In this document: positions 1 to 10,555 of the stretch, one piece after another
How the letters are laid out: every line of letters starts with the position of its first letter
Numbering within the stretch: position 1 is the stretch's first letter
Origin: Sulfolobales archaeon HS-7
Lineage (GTDB): Archaea > Thermoproteota > Thermoprotei_A > Sulfolobales > Sulfolobaceae
Direction: 5' to 3'
Length of the DNA stretch: 64,000 bases
NCBI GenBank assembly: GCA_019704295.1
Contig: AP024596.1
Coordinates: 1,440,001-1,504,000, forward strand
The notes under the pieces: model-generated
The model's input: the letters and a program-made list of their open reading frames with translations, nothing else
Databases searched by the model: none
Told to the model about the DNA's origin: nothing
Position numbers and translations under genes: made by a program

Positions 1-2610
1 TGAGAGGACGGATTCGGAGATCGCCTCCCTTACCTTTTCCTTTCCGCAAATGTAATTCCCGTTGAAACCGCATATTATCGCTTCCTCTCCCAGGTAAATC
101 GCTGAGATCGCTAGTGCAGGCTTCCTCTCAACGGTGGCAACTCCTACCTTCTTCGTGTTCACTACTGTCCTATCGCACAGGTAACCCAGGTACCTTATGC
201 CGAGTTCCCTCAATTTCTCCCAGGATGCCATTTTGCTAGGCCTTATTCCCGGGTCGATCCACCTCATTATCACCTTTACTAGTTCATCTTCATTGATCTT
301 CCTTAACTCATCCTCCAATCGGCTGCAGTTCAACTCCTCGTTCCTAACGCTTATGCCCCCTTTTCTTAACCTCTCCACGAGAGCCGTTGGTTCATACTCC
401 CAGATTACCACCCTGTTCTTGGACTCCTTCCCAAGTCCCATCGGCTGTATGAAGAACCTCAGGTGATTGTGTTGTACCCCGAACTTCCTCCTTAATACGG
501 CGCTTACAAAAGCGTGACCGAGGGTTACGGATTCCTCATCGTCCCTGGGGTCTAGATCGCTTTCGTAAACGTATGTGTAGTCCTCGTACCTCCCCACTTT
601 GCTACAGGCTAATTCGATCTCCCTCGTTCTGTACTCCAGTACGCCTTTCCCATCTCCTAAGGGAATCATCTGCTTACCCTCGCTCTCCACTATCCAGCTG
701 ACCGAATGCGGAAACTCGGTATATCTGGTAAAACCCTGCTTCTCATATGAAAATCCTACGGTCACTTTCGGCTGGATCTTCCCCCTCAGTAAGTCTTCGG
801 CGAACTTCTTAACCCCCTCTTCTGTCAATTCCTCCCAGGACTTCTTCACCTGAAGGTAGGCCTGTATTCCCTGAGCTACGCAATTAGGAACGTTGTGAAG
901 CCCTTCCCTCACGGAGGTCTCGTTTACGGTGTAACCTTCCTTTTGCGTAACGGACGTAATGACAGCGTCATTTACGTGATCCAGGTATCCAGGCTGGTAC
1001 TTCTCAACCAAATCCTTCATCGAGATCTCCGTGTACTTCCTACCATCGACCACGACGGGGATCATGTTCTCATACGTTTTCCCCCTAGTGTAGAAGTTAA
1101 CTGCGTAAAACTCCTCCTCTCCCCTCTCATTTAGCCTCTCCTTGTACAGCCCCATTTCCTTTAGGAGTTCGTAACTCCCGCTTAAACCTAATTTGGCCTC
1201 AATTAGCTCTCTGAGGAGTTTCGGATACTTGTTCTCAGCTGTGTATATAAGTACCTCCGGTCCTAAGCTCTCCCACTCGTTTATGCCCCCCGCCATGATA
1301 GCCATGTCATCCTCAGTTAAGGGAAACACCACTATCTCAGAGACGGGCATCTTCTTGGGATCTCTCCCCGCCCTTCCGTTCTTTTGAATGTACTCCCTAA
1401 CGGATTGGGGTAATCCGTAGTGAACTACTCTCCCTATATTCGGGAAGTTTATGCCCTGGGAAAGCGTCCTGACGGATATCCCCACCTTTTTTCTCCCCTG
1501 CGCTAAATCCTCCTCTAGCCTCCTCCTCTCCCCCTCCGAAACGTAATGATGGTGCACTCCTGCAGAAGGCAACCATTTTTTCAACTCATTCGCTGAATTA
1601 ACCCCCTTGGTAAAGACCAGGGTCACCGCCTCATCCCTCTCGTAATTCCTTAAGAGGAGTATTACGTCATCCTTATTATAAGGTCTAGAAGATATCCTCT
1701 GTCCCCGTCTTATGAGTTGGTAATTTTTCGAGGGTCTCCACTTAAGGTCGCTGACGAACTTGTGAAAAACCCTCTTGAACTCCTCGTAATCAAGGGAGTA
1801 ATCCCCCCACTCTGAGGAAAGGGAACGGGAGATCTTGTGAAGCTCGTCAACAACTCCCCTTCTTCCCAGGATGAGGTAAGTGGTGATTTGAGGTCTCGGG
1901 GCCTTACCCTGTATTATCGCGCACTCCCTCCCAGTTAACTCTGAGAGCCTGTTTGAGAACTCCTCCGGATTGGAGAGTGTGGCGGTGACCACTACTATCT
2001 GTATTTGCCTTCCAATAACGTGAGAGATCAACAACCCCAGGAGCTCGAGGAGGAGCGAGGCCTTACTGCTTCCGTAAAAATCGAACTCGTCGAGGACGAT
2101 AAGCTGAACTGAGGAGAGGAATTTCCTGAAGGGAGAGTTCAGGTATTCGTAAGTCCTCACCCTCTTTATCTCCATGAGCAACTGCTGAGGGTTGGTCGTG
2201 ACTATGTCCGCTGACTCCAGAACTGTACCCTCTGTCTTCTCCCTTCCTGAGATCACGCCTATTGACAAATTGGTCATCTGAGCTATCTCCCTGAGCCTCT
2301 TGGTCTGATCGCTTTGAAGGGCGACAGTAGGGTAAACCGCGAGGGTTCTCACCCTTTTCGATATTGAGTAGAGGAGCCACGACTCCGTCTTACCGCTACC
2401 CGTCTCCGCCCTGAGCACAACGTTCTTTCCCTCGTTTAGGGAGTTTAACGCCTCGCATTGGTGGGCGTATAAGTTGAAGTTCTTGTCACTCGGAATGAAG
2501 TCGTTCAACGTCTTATCGCAGAGATCTACGGTATTGGGCTCCCTAACGAAGGTCAGGTATTCGAGTTGAAGACCCCTCAGCAACGGTTCAGTGGAGAGCA
2601 TAACGGTCAT
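1..2610 (-). CDS. DEAD/DEAH-box SF2 helicase (partial, runs off the left edge)
   Basis: Hand translation from ATG 2610 (or 2601) gives Q motif LYAHQ, Walker A AETGSGKTE, motif II LIVLDEFD, TATLSNP and motif VI QKNGRAGR. It is absent from the ORF track, consistent with no stop inside the window. Confidence 0.9.
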   Translation of the reverse strand, partial: MTVMLSTEPLLRGLQLEYLTFVREPNTVDLCDKTLNDFIPSDKNFNLYAHQCEALNSLNEGKNVVLRAETGSGKTESWLLYSISKRVRTLAVYPTVALQSDQTKRLREIAQMTNLSIGVISGREKTEGTVLESADIVTTNPQQLLMEIKRVRTYEYLNSPFRKFLSSVQLIVLDEFDFYGSSKASLLLELLGLLISHVIGRQIQIVVVTATLSNPEEFSNRLSELTGRECAIIQGKAPRPQITTYLILGRRGVVDELHKISRSLSSEWGDYSLDYEEFKRVFHKFVSDLKWRPSKNYQLIRRGQRISSRPYNKDDVILLLRNYERDEAVTLVFTKGVNSANELKKWLPSAGVHHHYVSEGERRRLEEDLAQGRKKVGISVRTLSQGINFPNIGRVVHYGLPQSVREYIQKNGRAGRDPKKMPVSEIVVFPLTEDDMAIMAGGINEWESLGPEVLIYTAENKYPKLLRELIEAKLGLSGSYELLKEMGLYKERLNERGEEEFYAVNFYTRGKTYENMIPVVVDGRKYTEISMKDLVEKYQPGYLDHVNDAVITSVTQKEGYTVNETSVREGLHNVPNCVAQGIQAYLQVKKSWEELTEEGVKKFAEDLLRGKIQPKVTVGFSYEKQGFTRYTEFPHSVSWIVESEGKQMIPLGDGKGVLEYRTREIELACSKVGRYEDYTYVYESDLDPRDDEESVTLGHAFVSAVLRRKFGVQHNHLRFFIQPMGLGKESKNRVVIWEYEPTALVERLRKGGISVRNEELNCSRLEDELRKINEDELVKVIMRWIDPGIRPSKMASWEKLRELGIRYLGYLCDRTVVNTKKVGVATVERKPALAISAIYLGEEAIICGFNGNYICGKEKVREAISESVLS

Positions 2611-3152
2611 AATTGACCGTAAATTAAAAGGCTTTACATTCGTGGTACAATACCTCTTTAACGAAGGCTTAGCGCGTATGCTTTTCTAGACGACATTACG
2701 GGGGCCGTAATATATCCGTTTGGTAATTCCTCCTCTACGAGTGAGCTGGCCCCTTTCACTCACTTCACTGCGCGAGGGAATAAACCCTCGTCTATACAAG
2801 GCCTTAGGTACAGGGTAGAAAAACCCACTGACGTTTAGCCTTGAAGTTTCCGTCTTGGGTTTGAGCCAAATAGACCGCGAAGAGTCACTGTCTTCAACAC
2901 GCGATCCCCTCGGAAAAATCCCTGAGGTAAGACAATGTGACCTGGATCTCCAGACACCAAAGGGTGTTAAGGATCCTATTACGTTTTAACGTGTACGGAG
3001 GGAGAGAAAGACGAACAAGAAAATCGTTGAGCGTGAATTCTCACTGCTCGTCGTAGTACCGAATTAAATTATACTAAATAAACTAAATTTGTAGGTAGAC
3101 GCTCCTCTAAACGTTACGTAAAGTTTTTAATTATCGCGTTTAAGACAAATTC

Positions 3153-4271
3153 GTGAAGGTACACCCTAACGTCGTCGAGTTGAAATACCTCGCTACGTCT
3201 CTGTTACTAGGGCTTGTGCTTTATTTCCTTTATGAGTACACTCTGTACTACCCCCTCACGTTAACTTCCCTCATATGGAATTCGATCATAGCAGTCCTTT
3301 TGGGGGCATTGACCCTCCTGTACATGAGGGAGTTCTCCTACGGAAGGGGGTTTACAACTTACCTGTGGGTAACTTTCGTTGTACTCCTAATCCTTAAGAG
3401 TCATGACATTTCCCCGGTTCTGCAGGGAGTTCCTTCCCTAGTAAGGGGATATTACCTTTTCCTCATGCCCATCGCCTACTCAATTGTATACGGCAGTCTC
3501 TTCTCCCTCTCGAGGTTCCTGATAGGAAGGAGAAGGTTGTTGTCATTACGAACAGGGCGACAGTACGCCTACGCTTCCCTCCTATACCTCCTCCTCATGT
3601 ACTTAACGTTTAGATATTACACGTCCTCCGACTTGAAGATCGTCTCTCCGGAGAGGCTTTTCCTCATCTTAGGAGTATCCTACCTGCTCTCCAACGTGAT
3701 TATCCTCTTTAACAAAATTGGGTACAACCTAGCTATAGCGGGAATACTTTTCTACGGGGTGTACCCCCTGTACGCCTTTTTAAAAACCAGCGTGAATTTA
3801 AGCGTTCTAATTCTGTTGGGAATACTAACGGCGTTCAGCTTCGCTTACTTCAGCCTAACGATGCGGGTTGAAACCAATTACAGGGGAATAGCGACGGGCA
3901 ACGTGGTTTCATCAATAAGTTCCGACGTTTACCTTCCGTTAATCGTGGTGGTAGTCTGGTCTGCGAGTTCCTATTTTCTCCACTTGAGTTCAATAAACAG
4001 CTACGATTTCCTGGTCGTGCTTTTCCCCATAGTCCTGGGTTCAGTAGTTATGGATACTGTGAAGGGATTAAAGGCGGACGTGTTACACCAGAGACAGACG
4101 GGAGAGAGAAGTTACGGAGTGATATGCGGTGTGGGGATGGCAGACGGTCTGTGGCTAAAGGTCCTTGCAATACTTATGTTCTACCTCCTTTTGGGATACC
4201 TGGGGTTACTGGAAGCCTTAGTGTTTTACGTGTTCTTATCGATTGTGATGCTAATACTCGCCAGAATATGA
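3153..4271 (+). CDS. Polytopic membrane protein of unknown function
   Basis: 372-aa ORF with roughly 10 or more hydrophobic segments and no recognisable motif. Confidence 0.75.
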   Translation: MKVHPNVVELKYLATSLLLGLVLYFLYEYTLYYPLTLTSLIWNSIIAVLLGALTLLYMREFSYGRGFTTYLWVTFVVLLILKSHDISPVLQGVPSLVRGYYLFLMPIAYSIVYGSLFSLSRFLIGRRRLLSLRTGRQYAYASLLYLLLMYLTFRYYTSSDLKIVSPERLFLILGVSYLLSNVIILFNKIGYNLAIAGILFYGVYPLYAFLKTSVNLSVLILLGILTAFSFAYFSLTMRVETNYRGIATGNVVSSISSDVYLPLIVVVVWSASSYFLHLSSINSYDFLVVLFPIVLGSVVMDTVKGLKADVLHQRQTGERSYGVICGVGMADGLWLKVLAILMFYLLLGYLGLLEALVFYVFLSIVMLILARI

Positions 4272-4750
4272 GGAACCTTAACGGATGGGGTTCGCCGGGG
4301 ATTCGAGGGTTCAAGAGAGGTTGCTCAGGTTAACCTGCATTAGCCACTTTGAGGAAAGTGGACGAGAGTTAGCTAACGAAGTAGAGGCGATCACGCGCTC
4401 GTTGCCGTTCATGAGAGTGGGATAAAAAACAGTGAATGGCTATCTAGGGCCCCTTAGTCCTTGCGTGGTACTGGTTTCCATCACAAATTGTAATTATTGA
4501 GGGAAGTATTAGATAAAGGAAATTATTAAGTGAGAATCCTCACTAGTCCTGAGGATATTCAATTAAATTTATCCTACTATTCTAAATAAACTGAATTTAA
4601 GGATGAACGGGTCGCGGTAGTATTGAGCTAGATTTGTCGTAACTAGTAAACGAGATGACATTGAGAGCGGAATTGAACGTGTTTGGCGAAATCCAGGCAG
4701 TTCTATCATACGGTAAATTACGGTAAAAAGTCCCGTAATAGTCCCTTGGG

Positions 4751-5142
4751 TTACAGTAAAATAACTCCGCTGACGTCTCTTCCCTTTTGCTTCAGGAATC
4801 TGTAAAAGGGCCTGTCCATAATAAGCAGGGATACCGTCATAGTCTTGTAGGCGGAGTAGAGAACAGCGTCGAATATATCGTTCCAGCCTGCGTGCATTAC
4901 CTGAAATACAGTACCTACGTCTATCATATCTAGTCTGCCCCAATTTATGGAAATTTGCTAGACCTTATCTTACGCCCTCAGGGGGCTCCTCAAATTTCAG
5001 CTTTTTCGCTTCTCTTGTGATACCGCTACAAGTTCGGTAAGCATCATTGTAGGATAAAATATTTTTTTCTAAGTAGGTCGTCCTTAACTCCTCTCACCTT
5101 TATCCCCCCAAAGGGGAGTAAAAACGGAGTATCAACTATCAA
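4751..5142 (-). pseudogene. vapC: VapC/PIN toxin pseudogene
   Basis: Starts LIVDTPFLLP overlapping the AbrB gene stop. Later frames read YPTMMLTELVAV and WNDIFDAVLYSAY...LLIMDRPFY...VILL*. Several frameshifts and an internal stop. Confidence 0.8.
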
Positions 5143-5551
5143 TTCCGAGATTGTTGCTAATTTGCTCTCCAACGACCTCATCTGGGTCGATCTCGGCCCA
5201 ATACTTAGATGCCTTCCTGAGGGGTACAAGCTCGATTTTGTTGTCGTCCCTTAAGATTAAGATCAGCTTATCCTTCTCCTTTAGGTTCAGTTTTTCAGCT
5301 ACGCTTTTAGGGATGAAAATCGCGTTATTTATCAACTCAACTACAATTTCCGTAGGGTTATTCTGACTTTTCTGACTATTGAGTACCTCCTGTTCATCAT
5401 CAACCGATATGCCTTCTTCCATTCTAAAGCCTGACTTCACTACATTCAACCGCTCCACCTCCGCTCTAGCCTCGCGTTCGTAATACACTACCTTGTTTTC
5501 ATAATCAATCGCGTACCAGAATTTCATCAATTTATCCAAATATTTTTCCAT
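5132..5551 (-). CDS. AbrB/MazE-type antitoxin with N-terminal extension
   Basis: C-terminal half has the AbrB signature IFIPKSVAEKLNLKEKDKL...IELVP and lies directly upstream of the PIN remnant. Confidence 0.75.
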   Translation of the reverse strand: MEKYLDKLMKFWYAIDYENKVVYYEREARAEVERLNVVKSGFRMEEGISVDDEQEVLNSQKSQNNPTEIVVELINNAIFIPKSVAEKLNLKEKDKLILILRDDNKIELVPLRKASKYWAEIDPDEVVGEQISNNLGIDS

Positions 5552-5641
5552 TTCCCTTATTTTATAATTTTGCTTACGTAAGTTTCAAATTCTAGAAGGG
5601 GAGATATAAACTGACGGTTATTATAGTGAATGACCGCGATT

Positions 5642-8409
5642 GTCTCAAAACCTGGTAGGAAGGCTACAAAACCGTTTGTCGGAAACTTCTCAGGAATGCT
5701 CTGGCTGGCTTTAAGCCGTCATAGGAAAGCTACAAACTATTCTCCTAGAAGCGAGTATTTCAAACAACTGACTAGTTTCAAGCCCTCATAGGAAAGCTAC
5801 AAACTCCTCGAGGAAATCGAAGAAAAACCAAACACATGGGGTTTCAAGCCCTCATAGGAAAGCTACAAACCATATCGTGATTTATACAAATACCTACAAG
5901 CATAGGGAGTTTCAAGCCCTCATAGGAAAGCTACAAACGATTATGAGGATATTGATTACTGCGATTTCGAGTAGTTTCAAGCCCTCTTAGGAAAGCTACA
6001 AACATGATACAAATGAGCGCTATACCTAGTATTCCGTCTTGAGTTTCAAGCCCTCATAGGAAAGCTACAAACCGCTCCCTCTTTGCCAAGCAGTTCCATA
6101 ACCCTATCTCCGTTTCAAGCCCTCATAGGAAAGCTACAAACCCAATACACATCTATCAAACCATGCAACATCGACTGGTTTCAAGCCCTCATAGGAAAGC
6201 TACAAACTCGCAAAATTATAGATTAATTGTAAATTTGTAATTTTGTTTCAAGCCCTCATAGGAAAGCTACAAACCAACCTGGTTGCTGAGATCAGGCTCG
6301 TGTACAACGGGTTTCAAGCCCTCATAGGAAAGCTACAAACGCGTCTTACCGAGATATGCGGTCGGAGCAGGGAATGGTTTCAAGCCCTCATAGGAAAGCT
6401 ACAAACCATGAGTTGGTGCGCCGGGCTCAACATATACAGCGAGTTTCAAGCCCTCATAGGAAAGCTACAAACTCGCATCTTGCACGCACTGAACAGTCAG
6501 TTCATCCTCAGTTTCAAGCCCTCACAGGAAAGCTACAAACACAGAAGAGGCAACTACTTGACCCAAAAGCGAAATAGGTTTCAAGCCCTCACAGGAAAGC
6601 TACAAACAGTGGCAAGACGTGAGGACTTTTGCGACCTAGTATCGGTTTCAAGCCCTCACAGGAAAGCTACAAACTATGAGAACATGCTGCAGGCAAAGAA
6701 AGCGGGAGAGAGTTTCAAGCCCTCATAGGAAAGCTACAAACCAATTCCGTAATTTGTATTTATGCCAGTTGGAACGGGTTTCAAGCCCTCATAGGAAAGC
6801 TACAAACAAGGTAGCCGGAAGGAAATTGGACGAAGTGGAGAGGTTTCAAGCCCTCATAGGAAAGCTACAAACGTACTCGTCTCAATGGTCTAAATATTCC
6901 AGATCAGAGTTTCAAGCCCTCATAGGAAAGCTACAAACAATATGTGTTATTAGCCCTAATACCATGGGAGACCTAGTTTCAAGCCCTCATAGGAAAGCTA
7001 CAAACCGTTAGGACCGACGCAACTTGTTCGTTCACACTAGAGGTTTCAAGCCCTCATAGGAAAGCTACAAACGCGTTACAAATTTTCCTACTAATCAAGA
7101 TGTAACTGGTTTCAAGCCCTCATAGGAAAGCTACAAACCAGGTTGGAGAAAAGGATTTTGGATGGAATTATACAGTTTCAAGCCCTCATAGGAAAGCTAC
7201 AAACGAATCCGGCGAATTTGAATCACCACGCCCCTGGCGTCAGTTTCAAGCCCTCATAGGAAAGCTACAAACTGATGAGGACATTTCAGAAGAAGTTGAC
7301 AGAATAGCCAGTTTCAAGCCCTCATAGGAAAGCTACAAACCCTCAGAGGGTTGATATAGGATGAGGATAAATTGGAGTCGTTTCAAGCCCTCATAGGAAA
7401 GCTACAAACTAATATAGCAATATATAATATACCTATATAGGAATATGTTTCAAGCCCTCGTAGGAAAGCTACAAACTTTTCGCCTTTCTCCATAAAACTA
7501 TCGATCTGTTTTAGGTTTCAAGCCCTCATAGGAAAGCTACAAACATAAGGAGGGGGTTTGAATTAGTCTCTACCAGGGATGTGTTTCAAGCCCTCATAGG
7601 AAAGCTACAAACCATTTATTCCATTTATTGCTGTCGATGATACGGCTAGTTTCAAGCCCTCATAGGAAAGCTACAAACTTAGCCGAAGCTGAACCAAATG
7701 AATTTGTGCGTATGAGTTTCAAGCCCTCATAGGAAAGCTACAAACCGAAGAGAAGGAAGAAACGCATTATTGAAAAAATTTGTTTCAAGCCCTCATAGGA
7801 AAGCTACAAACGAAAGAGTGAGGCTAGTTATGAAACGGTTATAGAGCAGGGTTTCAAGCCCTCATAGGAAAGCTACAAACGTAACAGGAAATTTTCCCGT
7901 CAATTTTACATACTATCAGTTTCAAGCCCTCATAGGAAAGCTACAAACAATTTTACATATTTACCCAAAATATTTCCGTAATTGTTTCAAGCCCTCATAG
8001 GAAAGCTACAAACATTTATAAACGAACGTAAACCGCCCATTACCGTATTGTTTCAAGCCCTCATAGGAAAGCTACAAACCAACATTAAACCGATAATATG
8101 ATGACCCGTATACGTTTCAAGCCCTCATAGGAAAGCTACAAACGTATTACACCTGCAGATCTAATTGCGTATATATCGAGTTTCAAGCCCTCATAGGAAA
8201 GCTACAAACCCGTATGCCGATTCAAATTCATACCAATATGTACACTGGTTTCAAGCCCTCATAGGAAAGCTACAAACAATGGTGTGCAACTATCGGTGAA
8301 CTATACGACCCCGAGTTTCAAGCCCTCATAGGAAAGCTACAAACGCGGACCACGATGCCTTTTACATCTACTTCTATTTGTTTCAATCCCTCATAGGAAA
8401 GCTACAAAC
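5642..8409 (-). CRISPR. CRISPR array 1: about 40 repeats plus 2 degenerate trailer repeats
   Basis: Repeat reads GTTTCAAGCCCTCATAGGAAAGCTACAAAC on +, with 34-39-bp spacers. Degenerate copies at about 5642 and 5708 and the leader on the right imply minus-strand transcription. Confidence 0.98.
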
Positions 8410-8610
8410 ACTCCTTCTTTTGTCCTTTCTCGTTCATAAATTTTTCGGTATCAAATTCGGCAATCTCGCTCTCCCTAGAGGTTACGTGAGGTTGCCGTCG
8501 ATAATTTACGTCTAAAAATATATGTTCTGTTATACATATTTTGGTATTACGTGGGGTTGCCGAATTCTTGTATGAAATAAAAAGTGAATATCAAAATAAA
8601 TAGAAGGATT
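8410..8610 (-). promoter_or_regulatory. Leader of array 1
   Basis: Near-identical to the reverse complement of 12710-12908 and to 49387-49560, each of which abuts an array. Confidence 0.92.
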
Positions 8611-9271
8611 ATTTACTACTTATGGAGTTTTCTTTCCTTCACGAGAAAAACACGTAACGCTATGATCATGATATCCAGTTCCTAGAAGGATTAAGTTATG
8701 ACGAAGTTTAAGTTATTCAAGGCCAGGAACTTCAACGATCACCACGTTGATATAGGTAAGGTTCTGGACTCGGGTGTTCCCATAGCTATGTCAGAGGGGG
8801 TGTATATAGTGCCTTTGCATGAGTATTAACCTGTTTATACAAGACAAGTACTCTCACGTTACTAGGAGAGTCTGTAGGTCTTTCCCATGCACTTTGTAAT
8901 CATCGCTAAGCCCCTAAGGAACGAGTACCAGAGTACCCTTTCCTCCCAACCTGCCCCCAGTTTGGACTAATCTCCTTAATAGCTCCCCCCTCTCAATCCA
9001 TTGTTTAATAACGCCTTCAACTAAGGGGAGACGAGCTGGAAACTCCAGTATTCAGTAAAGTTTTTCGATTCAGCGGTTTCATGACATTATTCCCTGCTAG
9101 TCCCTCATTTGGTAGTCCGGTTCAGCAGTAAATCGGTTCATTATAGGATAAGATAAAGCGAACTCGTAAACCCTTGACGGTTCCACCAAAACTGCGGATA
9201 AGGTTTCCGCGTTCTCAACCAGAACAAACGCATACACGAATCTTTTTTTGCCGAAGAGTACATAGATCACA

Positions 9272-9736
9272 ATGAAGTGGAATAAGGCGGAATTTCAGGA
9301 CGGGCTCGTACTCTTCTCCTCTGATGAGATAGAGACTACTACTATAGTTATTTCAAAAAGGGGGATACACTCCATCTCATCTAAGAGGGACGTTATTCTA
9401 ATGGGATACGTTGAGTTCGGGAGGAAGGGCGAAATACGCTATTACGAGTTCGCCTTTACTCCTCCGCACGGTAAGGCAATGCTGACCAGGAGCTTCCTCG
9501 CTAAGGACCCTGAATTGAGAGAGAAGGCCTTGAGGATTGGGGACGCTCAGGAGTACCACGAGTTCATGTTGGAACTAGAGAGGGAGAGTAAGGAAAGGGA
9601 GGAGTGTTTGAGGAAGTTGAGGAGCGTGAGGGGTAACTTGGACGTAGATGAGGACTGCTTCGTAGAGAAATGCAGGAGAGTGGAACCTATCGCCGACGCA
9701 CTGAGGGAGTGTATCAAGCAAGAAGTTGAGGAATAA
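9272..9736 (+). CDS. Hypothetical protein
   Basis: 154-aa ATG ORF with purine-rich, coding-like composition; no motif recognised. Confidence 0.7.
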   Translation: MKWNKAEFQDGLVLFSSDEIETTTIVISKRGIHSISSKRDVILMGYVEFGRKGEIRYYEFAFTPPHGKAMLTRSFLAKDPELREKALRIGDAQEYHEFMLELERESKEREECLRKLRSVRGNLDVDEDCFVEKCRRVEPIADALRECIKQEVEE

Positions 9737-10555
9737 GGTCAACCCGGCCGTTTCAAACTCTCCTGAACTAAATTTACCCTTCCCTATTTATCTCAGCCCT
9801 TATTTCAGAATTATAACAACTTCCCTGGTTAACACTCAATTACCGCACTCCTTACCCTCTAAGGGTTGATTTATCAAAGGCGTTCCGTGATAAACCTCTC
9901 TACTTAACTTACAGTGTTACTTCAGTAAACTTAAGCTATACCACAAAACAGAGGAATTAACAGGGTGGCATTTTCTTGAAACCGCTAGGATACTTCGTTT
10001 TTCATTTACCTTGAGCCGATTCCCAGGTTTGGGTATCTAAAAGGGCACCTTAACCAGGACGTTTCACGGTAGGTCGGGACTTGCACGTGAAGGCATACAA
10101 TGCGTAGTTAACATAACTAAATAAACTAAAAAGTTATAAAGCATGCCGGTTCAAAATTATGAGAAGAAATGTAATATAAAATAAGTTAATAAAAAATAAT
10201 TAATATTTTTCGTAACCTAAGGCTGAAAGAGGCTTACAACGTGAAGAGTTACGAGTTGGTAAAGGAGGCCGAACGTTTTAAGCTTATGAAATTAATCAAG
10301 TAGTTTAAATCCTCCCCCCCATTACTATAGTTGGATATACACTAAGGATCTAATTATTCCTTAGTGAAACTAAGACAATAAGGTAATAGCGTTTGTTCCA
10401 CATCATCGCGTCATTCGAGGCCGGGATCGCGCCTCCCTGTAAGAGGTAATTTGAACAGGGGCTAACGTTATGAGAATTACAATTCTCAGAGCGTAACAGA
10501 TCTAAACGTAAAGTTCGTAAGATAAGTTTATATCCTAGCCCGTAATACTTCGAGT

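Noticed and set aside
197-2380. Short ORFs overlapping the helicase, and similar antisense ORFs over cmr, fdh, cas3 and the SIR2 gene
   Set aside because: Shadow or alternate-frame ORFs of well-supported genes.
6243-7011. ORFs with repeating FQALIGKLQT / VSSPHRKATN (also 14679-17147 and 47644-47973)
   Set aside because: They are translations of CRISPR repeats, not genes.
8640-9000. Gene fragments right of the array 1 leader
   Set aside because: Short coding-like patches with stops; no family could be assigned.
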